Positions 28,741 to 36,260 of a stretch of 64,000 bases of DNA are shown piece by piece. The position numbers and the translations under genes are program-made. The notes beneath the pieces are model-generated. The model saw nothing but the letters and a program-made list of their open reading frames with translations. It had not been told where the DNA came from and did not search any database. This stretch comes from Candidatus Obscuribacterales bacterium (GTDB lineage: Bacteria > Cyanobacteriota > Vampirovibrionia > Obscuribacterales > Obscuribacteraceae): the NCBI GenBank assembly GCA_965228855.1, contig CBDDIJ010000002.1, forward strand, positions 1,888,001-1,952,000, written 5' to 3'. The first letter of the stretch is position 1. Every line of letters begins with the position of its first letter.

Positions 28741-30450
28741 TTAATGAAAGCCGCCCTTCACTCGACCGGCTTCTTCCATGAGCGAATGCGCGAAAGTCAT
28801 AGCCACTTCCTCCCCTTCGCGACCGCTTGCCATTTCCGCCAGTGCTTTCAGCAAAGAATCGCCTTCCAGGCGTCCAGCCTTGATTACGGTTTTATCATCA
28901 GACTGCTCTTTACATACGTGTATGTAGTTGTCGGCGACAGAAGCAATTATCGGTTGGTGAGTGATGCAGAGAATTTGGTGGCTGGCTGCTAGATTCACGA
29001 GCTTGTCGCGAATTGCTTTCAAAATCTTGCCGCTTAAACCTGTGTCGATCTCGTCGAATACAACTGTCGAGACGCGATCCGCTCTTGCAAAAATGGTCTT
29101 CAGCGCCAGCATTATTCGCGACAACTCGCCGCCTGATGCAATTTTCGCGAGTGATGCCAGTGGTTGACCTGGGTTCGGCGCTATCAAAAACTCTACTTTA
29201 TCTATGCCATCAGCAGTGACGTCGTCGAGTGTCGTAAAATTGATGTTGAACCGGCAACGTTCCATACCCAGGTCGGCGAGCTCCTTGAGAATGGCCTTCG
29301 TCAGGCTCTCCGCCAGTTTCTGGCGTTCCTGTGAAAGTTGAGCGCTTGTCTCGTTCAACTTCGTAAGTAATTCATCCAGTTCTTTTTGAATCGAGCTGAT
29401 GGAACTGGTTGCGTTCTCCAGCTTTTCGATTTCTTCTTCCAGCTCGGCCTGTTTCTCGATTGCGTCAATCAGCCCGGGACCATACTTTCGCTTTACCTGC
29501 GTCAAAACCGCTAACCGCGCTTCTACCTCGCTTAACGATTCCGGGTCGAGATCAAGCGAACTTCTATAACGGCGAACTCCATCAATAGCTTCTTCTAAAT
29601 TGACGAGACTTTCTCTGACGAATCCGGCGGACTGGCCGACTGATGCGTCAAGCTCAGTGAGCGTCTCCAGATCCGCGAGGCTCTCCTGAAGAATGTCGCG
29701 CGCTGCGGTAAAGCCGTCACCATATGTGGAGTCACCACCCGCCAGTTGCGACATTACCTTTTCAGTCGTCGAATCGATTCGAGCAGCGTTTGCCAAAACT
29801 TTGTGCCGGTCGCTAAGCTCCTCGTCTTCGTGCTCGCTAACAAGATTGGCTTCTTGCAGTTCATCTAATTGAAATCTTGCAAAATCCAGACGCTTGATTC
29901 TTTCTTCTTCTGAAATAGAAAGTTCTTCAAACTGTTTTCTAAGGTCTCGATGTCTGGCGTGCAGCGTTCTGACTTTCTCACGCAGCTGACCATGAGCCTT
30001 ATTGCCTAATCCGTCAAGCAGTTCCAATTGCGCGCTGTTTGTCATCAGCGTGCGCAACTCGTGCTGGGCGTGAAACGTTAGTAACAGCTGTCGAAGTTCG
30101 TTCAAATGCGATGCGTTGACTGGAAAACCATTGATTCGCGCTCGTGAGCCGGAGCGCGTCACCTCGCGATATACAATGAGATCTGTCTGATCTTCGTCGA
30201 TCAGCTCCTGCTGTTTAAGCCAGGCTGTCACCGTGGGTGATGGCTCGAAGATTGCTTCGATAGTGGCCCGGTCTTTGCCGTCCTTGATCTGATTGGCGCT
30301 TACCTTGGCACCGAGGACGATGCTGAGGGCGTCAAAGAGAATCGACTTTCCGGCGCCGGTTTCACCAGCCAGGATGTTTAACCCTTTTGTCCAGTGAACC
30401 TCTAGCTCCTGGATGATCGCCAGGTTTGTTATGGATATGTTTTTTAGCAC
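28741..30450 (-). CDS. recN: DNA repair protein RecN
   Basis: GETGAGKS, coiled coil, ASGGELSR, VFDEIDTG, CITHQP. Confidence 0.97.
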   Translation of the reverse strand: MLKNISITNLAIIQELEVHWTKGLNILAGETGAGKSILFDALSIVLGAKVSANQIKDGKDRATIEAIFEPSPTVTAWLKQQELIDEDQTDLIVYREVTRSGSRARINGFPVNASHLNELRQLLLTFHAQHELRTLMTNSAQLELLDGLGNKAHGQLREKVRTLHARHRDLRKQFEELSISEEERIKRLDFARFQLDELQEANLVSEHEDEELSDRHKVLANAARIDSTTEKVMSQLAGGDSTYGDGFTAARDILQESLADLETLTELDASVGQSAGFVRESLVNLEEAIDGVRRYRSSLDLDPESLSEVEARLAVLTQVKRKYGPGLIDAIEKQAELEEEIEKLENATSSISSIQKELDELLTKLNETSAQLSQERQKLAESLTKAILKELADLGMERCRFNINFTTLDDVTADGIDKVEFLIAPNPGQPLASLAKIASGGELSRIMLALKTIFARADRVSTVVFDEIDTGLSGKILKAIRDKLVNLAASHQILCITHQPIIASVADNYIHVCKEQSDDKTVIKAGRLEGDSLLKALAEMASGREGEEVAMTFAHSLMEEAGRVKGGFH

Positions 30451-30525
30451 AGGCGGATATCGAGACCGAGAATTATGGTGTTACGCGTGGTATCAGTAGG
30501 AAGCGGACACCGTCAAGTATAATAC

Positions 30526-30704
30526 GCCGCGATCATTTGTGAAGCCCCAACGGCAGCTTTCTTTTCCTATTGCTATGCGATGTTTGAAATAAAGCTGCAA
30601 GTGCTTGACGTAATGGTTTCGTTTGCGACAGTTAGAAGGAAACGGGAGCAGGCGGAAAGAGTCTCAGTACATCCAACGCCGAACGGTCTTGAGTGCATCG
30701 CGGC
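30526..30704 (+). ncRNA. ssrS: Probable 6S RNA
   Basis: About 180-nt intergenic segment right after TATAAT (30518-30523). Ends pair (GCCGCGAT/ATCGCGGC); nested stems CGGC/GCCG, CTTTTCC..TTGCT/AGCAG..GGAAAG; central unpaired bubble; apical AGCTG-CAAGTG/CGTTTG-CAGTT. Not confirmed by a covariance model. Confidence 0.6.
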
Positions 30705-30738
30705 AAAAAAAACGCGCCCGTTTATGTCGAGCGCGTTT
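30705..30738 (-). terminator. Intrinsic terminator after mrp/apbC
   Basis: Minus strand AAACGCGCTCG-loop-CGGGCGCGTTT inside a T8 tract. Confidence 0.8.
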
Positions 30739-30759
30739 AAGTTTCTAAACCGATTCTCG

Positions 30760-31842
30760 TTAGCCGACCGGTTGCAGTGCGTGGATGCTGACTTGCGCAG
30801 CCACTTGCTTTGCGATTTCGATGAAAACCTGAGAGACCGGCGAATCCGGCTTGCATGCCACGACGGGCTCTCCCTGGTCGCCGCCTTCGCGAACACTGAT
30901 GTCGATTGGAACTTCACCGAGGAATGGCACGCCATATTCTTCGGCCATGCGCTTGCCGCCGCCGTGACCGAAGATCTCGAATCTTTCGGAGGAACCTGGC
31001 GGTTGGAAGTAACTCATGTTTTCAATGAAACCGAGGACCGGAACGTTCATTTGTCTGAACATCGCCAGCCCTTTCTGTCCGTCGAGCAGCGCGACTTCTT
31101 GCGGCGTGGTGACGATGACTCCGCCGGACATGTCGGTCGCTTGAACCATTGAAAGCTGTGCATCGCCCGTGCCTGGCGGCATGTCGACGATCAAATAATC
31201 GAGTTCGCCCCATTCCACATCGCGGAGGAACTGTCTGATCGCTTTGTCGAGCATTGGACCACGCCAGATCAGAGGCGTGTCTTTGGCTACGAAAAATGCC
31301 ATAGACATGCATTTGATTCCGTAATTTTCGGCTGGAATGATCAGCTCATCTTTTGCTTTGGGTTGATAGTCGCCGACGCCGAGCATAAGTGGGCAGTTTG
31401 GACCGGTGATGTCCGAGTCGAGGATGCCGACCTTGGCGCCAAGATGTTTGAGTGCGGCTGCGAGGTTGATTGATACGGTCGTTTTTCCGACCCCGCCCTT
31501 GCCGGAGGTGACGGCGATAATATGTTTAACGCCTTTGATGGGCTCCTTTTCAGAAATCTTCGCGCGACCTGTAACTTGCGCGTCGGTTTCCATGCTGATC
31601 TCTTCAACGCCAGGAATTGCCTTCACTGCTTCGCGGCAATCTGTCTCAATCTTTTCTTTGAGCGGGCATGCCGGCGTCGTCAAAGTGAGTTTGAAGTGAA
31701 CTTTCTTTCCTTCGACCTTGATGTCCGAAATCATATTGAGCGTGACGATGTCGATATGAAGATCCGGATCCAAAACCGTAGAGAGCGCCTTTTTGACGTC
31801 CTCCGCTGTTACCTTGCTGCCTTTGCTCGTTCCAAAAATCAT
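30760..31842 (-). CDS. apbC: Mrp/ApbC (NBP35 family) Fe-S carrier ATPase with N-terminal DUF59 domain
   Basis: LTTPACP, SGKGGVGKTT, WRGPM, DMPPGTGD, VTTPQ, ENMS. Confidence 0.93.
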   Translation of the reverse strand: MIFGTSKGSKVTAEDVKKALSTVLDPDLHIDIVTLNMISDIKVEGKKVHFKLTLTTPACPLKEKIETDCREAVKAIPGVEEISMETDAQVTGRAKISEKEPIKGVKHIIAVTSGKGGVGKTTVSINLAAALKHLGAKVGILDSDITGPNCPLMLGVGDYQPKAKDELIIPAENYGIKCMSMAFFVAKDTPLIWRGPMLDKAIRQFLRDVEWGELDYLIVDMPPGTGDAQLSMVQATDMSGGVIVTTPQEVALLDGQKGLAMFRQMNVPVLGFIENMSYFQPPGSSERFEIFGHGGGKRMAEEYGVPFLGEVPIDISVREGGDQGEPVVACKPDSPVSQVFIEIAKQVAAQVSIHALQPVG

Positions 31843-31969
31843 AGCTGCCTCACGTAACCGCACGAATAAAATGCCAAAACGACTTTTGCCGAACTTGTTT
31901 GAAGTTGGCTCGCCTCAGTCGTTGCAGTTTTAATAATAGATCATGAATACAGGAACTACGCAGGCGTAA

Positions 31970-33160
31970 TCAAATATTCATGTGCGATACACGAGTCAAT
32001 TCGGCGCTCGCGACGCCCGTGTCCGGGTGCTGGCTGCCCAATAGAGCCTCGCGGATGGTCAGACAATTCGTCAATGCGTTCGCGGCTTTCTTGTAATCTT
32101 TCTGCGCATCGTACAGCTTGCCAAGGTATTCGTAGGTGTCTGCAACGTCTTTGTGATTTCGCGGTAATCTGGCTAGTTGTATCTTCAACGCTGATTGCAA
32201 GTAGCGATCTGCGCTTTTGTAGTCGCCCTCGTTGAGAGCAATTGCGCCGAGACCGGTGAGGCTCTTAGCGACAAGCGGGTGATTGGAGCCCAGCTTCTTT
32301 TCCCGCACGGCCAATGCTTGTTTAAACAACGGCAATGCTTCCGCTTCCCTTCCGGTAACTCGGTATAAACCTGCTAGATCGTTTAAATCAGTGGCCGTAT
32401 CCGGATGTGTGGCGCCGAGCGCTGCTATGTCCATTTCCAAAGCGCGTTTATAACAACTCTCGGCTTCCTTGTATTTACCTGTGTCTCGATAGATCGTTCC
32501 CATGTTGATGAGAATGCTGGAAGTGGCGACGTCATTTTTGCCAAGCGCCTTTTCCTTCAGCGCAAGCGCTTCTCTGTAGTATTTGTTTGCTTTCTCAAAG
32601 CGAGCAGTGTCGCGGTAAACCTTTGCCAACCCGTTTAGAAAGGCAGCACGTCTTGGATCCTGGGGCTCCTTTATATTCTCGTCCCAGAGACGCAACGCCT
32701 TTGTGTAGCAAATCTCCGATTCTTTGAACTTTGATTGATCGCGCAGGACCAGAGCCAGCCCGTTGTAGCTAAGTGGAATTTCTTTTCGATTTTTCTTCAA
32801 CTGGGATTCAGTTGTTTTGACAAGAAATCGAAAGTAATTTTCCGAGCTAGCGTAGTCCGCGGTCACGCGCTTGAGTTCAGCCATATTGTTAATGGCGCTC
32901 AGGTATCTTGTATCTGCGATCCCATACTTCTCGGAATGAGCGATTGCTTGTCGAAATGATTTTTCGGCTTGTGGGTAGTTGCCGGCCTCGAACGCTTGCT
33001 TGCCGTCACCGATTGCGGTGTAGAAGGGAACGCTATCCAGGATGTAGAACCCTGCCACCACCGATGATATCGCGATGACGCATCTTTGATACCACTTGTA
33101 TTTCTTGCTTTCTACAATGGACTTGAAGATTGCTTGAGCGCGCTTGAGTTTCTCTTTCAT
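31970..33160 (-). CDS. Membrane-anchored tetratricopeptide-repeat protein (42-aa kinesin-light-chain-type TPRs)
   Basis: N-terminal TM, then repeats such as HPDTATDLNDLAGLY and HPLVAKSLTGLG. Confidence 0.88.
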   Translation of the reverse strand: MKEKLKRAQAIFKSIVESKKYKWYQRCVIAISSVVAGFYILDSVPFYTAIGDGKQAFEAGNYPQAEKSFRQAIAHSEKYGIADTRYLSAINNMAELKRVTADYASSENYFRFLVKTTESQLKKNRKEIPLSYNGLALVLRDQSKFKESEICYTKALRLWDENIKEPQDPRRAAFLNGLAKVYRDTARFEKANKYYREALALKEKALGKNDVATSSILINMGTIYRDTGKYKEAESCYKRALEMDIAALGATHPDTATDLNDLAGLYRVTGREAEALPLFKQALAVREKKLGSNHPLVAKSLTGLGAIALNEGDYKSADRYLQSALKIQLARLPRNHKDVADTYEYLGKLYDAQKDYKKAANALTNCLTIREALLGSQHPDTGVASAELTRVSHMNI

Positions 33161-33362
33161 GCGAAATCCAATCAAAAACCGCACGACAGGTCGTGAAAGG
33201 CAGTCTGTTCTACGGTTTTTGTACTAAGGTTTTGGAAAGGCGGCTAAGTCCGCCTGCAACAGACTAAGTGTTGAATTGGTTGAAGTCAAGCGGGGTAAAC
33301 CCTGAGGTCGTTTATGTTTAAGAAACTCGGCATCCTGAGTCTGAATGAACGGTGTCAGGGCA

Positions 33363-34676
33363 TCATGAGACGCCCGCTCGCATCGAGTTTGATGCAGCAG
33401 CCAATTGTCGGGAATGAGCGCCGACTGTCAGCGGGCTTGTTAAAGCAACGCATTCTGTTTCCTCCTGCAGTGAGATAAATTGGTCATGAAGAAGTTGGGT
33501 CGCGCGACTAGAGTCGGCTTCATCTATGAGAATTGAAATGGTCGACTCGCTGCTTGAATAGAGTCGCGGTTCAATTCTTGCGGAATTCAGGGTGGCAATT
33601 GCGCGCGAGCGAATCTCAGGAGCATTACCGATTCCCGCACCGACGAGACTAACTCTAGTGACGTTCAAATCAATGAGAACGTCTTTTGCGCCGCACTGAT
33701 TTTTCAAGTCCTCCAGAATCGTTCTAAAGATTGCTTCATCGGAATATCTCAATGAAAGCTGCACGCAGCGCGTGTTTTCGCAAGACCCTTTGCCTTGGGA
33801 AACACTGTCGACGATTATGTTGTCGCGAATGAAGAGAGTTTCGCATTCGGTGAGGAACGAGAACTGCCAGGGAATATCGATGAATGATACGTATGCTTGA
33901 TGCGAGTCTAATGCGACTCCTTTGACTCTACAAACCTTTTCCACGTTACTGTCTCCTGTAATGAGAGTGCCCGGATTGTCCGGTTTAAAAGTATTTCTGA
34001 CACGCAGCTTGATGCTGAAATCTCTGGCGAGTTCTGCAGCGCGTGGATGCAGTACCTGAGCGCCTGCTCGTGCGAGTTCAATTGTTTCCGAGTACGATAT
34101 GGTGTCGAGCAATTCCGCTTGTTGAAATTTGTTAGGGTCGGTCGTGAATATTCCATCCACGTCCGTGTAGATGTGGCATTCATCAGCACCTGCGGCAGCA
34201 GCCAGGGCTACGGCGGAAGTATCGGAACCGCCGCGACCGAGTGTTGTAATTTCGCCGCAATCGCTTTGTCCTTGAAACCCGGCCACAACGATCACGTCGT
34301 GCTCATCGAGAGCGGCACGAATTGAGCCTTTGCATATATCAACGATGCGAGCGCAACTGTGGATATTGTCGGTTTTAATTCCGATTTGGGCTCCGGTAAA
34401 TGACTTAGCTTTTATTCCGCGTTCCTGTAACGCAATAGTCAGAAGTGCGATGGAAACTTGTTCACCGGTCGAGAGCAGAAGGTCTACTTCGCGCTTGTTG
34501 GGTGTCGTTGAGATTCGTTTGGCCAGATCGTACAGATAGTCCGTTGTATCGCCCATCGCCGATACAACTACTACGCATTTATTTTTCTGTTTGGAAACGA
34601 TGTCTACAACGTGATTGATGCGTCCGATGTTTTTGACGGATGTGCCACCAAATTTGAGAACCGAAATCTTGCTCAT
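33363..34676 (-). CDS. lysC: Aspartate kinase
   Basis: KFGGTSV, VVSAMG, GFQG, TLGRGGSDTSA, TDVDGIFTTDP, C-terminal ACT domains; GGAGGAG SD. Confidence 0.93.
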   Translation of the reverse strand: MSKISVLKFGGTSVKNIGRINHVVDIVSKQKNKCVVVVSAMGDTTDYLYDLAKRISTTPNKREVDLLLSTGEQVSIALLTIALQERGIKAKSFTGAQIGIKTDNIHSCARIVDICKGSIRAALDEHDVIVVAGFQGQSDCGEITTLGRGGSDTSAVALAAAAGADECHIYTDVDGIFTTDPNKFQQAELLDTISYSETIELARAGAQVLHPRAAELARDFSIKLRVRNTFKPDNPGTLITGDSNVEKVCRVKGVALDSHQAYVSFIDIPWQFSFLTECETLFIRDNIIVDSVSQGKGSCENTRCVQLSLRYSDEAIFRTILEDLKNQCGAKDVLIDLNVTRVSLVGAGIGNAPEIRSRAIATLNSARIEPRLYSSSESTISILIDEADSSRATQLLHDQFISLQEETECVALTSPLTVGAHSRQLAAASNSMRAGVS

Positions 34677-34684
34677 CGCTCCTC

Positions 34685-35953
34685 CTATTTTGTTTGCACG
34701 AGTGCACGTTCGACTGTGCGAGTTTCCAGCTTCGAATTCACGTCTGTGCTTTTGTTGGTCAGGCTTTGCTGATTGCATGGTGAACCGGAGAGCGCCTGGT
34801 CGAGATCGGCGATCAAGTCTTCGGCTTCTTCGATGCCGGGCGATAGACGAATTAATCCGTCCACGATGCCGCAGTGTTCTCGGATCTCTTTCGGTATCGG
34901 TTTGTGCGTCATCGTTGCTGGATGGCAGATAAGCGATTTAACTCCGCCAAGGCTTTCTGCCAGTTGGAATAAGTTCGTCGAGCTGACCGTGTTTGCCGCG
35001 AAATCAATTCCGCCTTTAACGACGAAAGAAACCATTCCGCCGAAACCGCTCATCTGTTTCGCTGCGAGTTCGTGCTGCGGGTGGCTTGTTAAGCCGGGGT
35101 AGTGAACTGTTTCGACATTCGGATGCGATTCCAGGAACTTCGCTATCGCGAATGCGTTTCGTTCATGCTCTCTCATGCGTAGTTTCAGAGTCTTTAATCC
35201 GCGAAGGACAAGGAAGCAATCGAATGGTCCGGGAACCGCTCCAACAGCGTTGTTGTGGTATTGCAATCGTTCATAAAGATCATCGCTCGATGTGACGATG
35301 GCACCGCCAATGACATCACTATGTCCGCCCAGGTATTTTGTGGTGCTATGAATTATGACGTCGGCGCCAAGTTCCAGTGGTCTTTGGAAATAGGGAGTAG
35401 CAAAAGTGTTATCGACGGCAAGGCGCAGCCCATTTGCATGACAGAGATCGGCGATCGTTCTCACATCAGCTAATCGAAGCAATGGATTCGTCGGTGTTTC
35501 GATCCAGACCAATCGAGTTTTTTCGTTTATAGCCTGTTCAATTTCTTCTATGTTGCGTGCGTTTACGTAAGTGAATGATAAACCGTAGCGTGTTAAAACT
35601 TGCTCGAATAGCCTGTAGACGCCACCATAGACATCCTCTCCCACGATGACGTGATCGCCTGCCGACAGCAGATTTGTAACGGTATAAGCGGCGGATAGTC
35701 CGGACGCGGACGCAAGTGCGTACTTTGCGTTTTCCAGTGACGCAATACATTGTTCCAATGCGGTTCTTGTCGGATTGTGCGTGCGAGCGTATTGATACCC
35801 TTTGTTTACTCCAAGTTCGTCGAGAACGAATGTGGAAGTTTGAAATATCGGTGTGTTTAGTGCTCCTGTGCTTGGATCTGCGTCTTGACCGGCATGAATA
35901 GCGCGGGTTGAGAACTGCTGCTGGTTATTGGGATATTGATTGTAAACACTCAT
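34685..35953 (-). CDS. metB: Cystathionine gamma-synthase/gamma-lyase family PLP enzyme (MetB-like)
   Basis: YARTHNPTR, ETPTNP, DNTFATP, HSTTKYLGGHSD (PLP lysine), AESLGG. MetB assignment over the gamma-lyase rests on the lysC linkage and Met-rich leader. Confidence 0.8.
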   Translation of the reverse strand: MSVYNQYPNNQQQFSTRAIHAGQDADPSTGALNTPIFQTSTFVLDELGVNKGYQYARTHNPTRTALEQCIASLENAKYALASASGLSAAYTVTNLLSAGDHVIVGEDVYGGVYRLFEQVLTRYGLSFTYVNARNIEEIEQAINEKTRLVWIETPTNPLLRLADVRTIADLCHANGLRLAVDNTFATPYFQRPLELGADVIIHSTTKYLGGHSDVIGGAIVTSSDDLYERLQYHNNAVGAVPGPFDCFLVLRGLKTLKLRMREHERNAFAIAKFLESHPNVETVHYPGLTSHPQHELAAKQMSGFGGMVSFVVKGGIDFAANTVSSTNLFQLAESLGGVKSLICHPATMTHKPIPKEIREHCGIVDGLIRLSPGIEEAEDLIADLDQALSGSPCNQQSLTNKSTDVNSKLETRTVERALVQTK

Positions 35954-35981
35954 TGGCGTAACTCCTGTGTGTGTGAATGCG

Positions 35982-36015
35982 AAAAAACGCCCCCTCTCAT
36001 CCGAGAGGGGGCGTT
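35982..36015 (-). terminator. Attenuator terminator upstream of metB
   Basis: Minus strand AACGCCCCCTCTC-GGAT-GAGAGGGGGCGTT then TTTT; 13-bp perfect stem ending about 28 nt before the metB ATG. Confidence 0.93.
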
Positions 36016-36043
36016 GAAGTTCTTGATTCTGTTAGCTAATTTC

Positions 36044-36127
36044 TTATGCTATAAACCGTGAACAGCAACGCCACCCTCTCGCGGAGGGCATTTGCATTGC
36101 CATAGACATAGTCACGTGTTTTTGCAT
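36044..36127 (-). CDS. Met/Cys-rich attenuator leader peptide MQKHVTMSMAMQMPSARGWRCCSRFIA (27 aa)
   Basis: ATG at 36127, TAA at 36046-36044; four internal Met codons (7, 9, 11, 13) and tandem Cys (21-22); contains the antiterminator arm. Confidence 0.82.
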   Translation of the reverse strand: MQKHVTMSMAMQMPSARGWRCCSRFIA

Positions 36128-36133
36128 GCCACC

Positions 36134-36161
36134 ATTATGGTCGAACGAAATACTTTGTCAA
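36134..36161 (-). promoter_or_regulatory. Sigma70 promoter of the leader-metB-lysC operon
   Basis: TTGACA (36161-36156) - 16 nt - CATAAT (36139-36134); leader ATG starts 7 nt downstream of the -10. Confidence 0.8.
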
Positions 36162-36260
36162 AGGTTAGCGCGCTCTATGTAACGTTGCTGCAATCTCGTT
36201 CCATATGTATGCAATTTCGATCTGGTTTCAAGATTCGACTTGCTGATGAACTGCAGCAGT

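Noticed and set aside
30573..31152. ORFs 30580-31152 (+) and 30573-30935 (-)
   Set aside because: They overlap mrp, its terminator and the 6S candidate, with no recognisable motifs.
35954..36260. SAM riboswitch or T-box upstream of metB
   Set aside because: No SAM-I core or T-box (GGTGGTACCGCG-like) sequence recognised; the leader is short and is explained by sORF, antiterminator and terminator.
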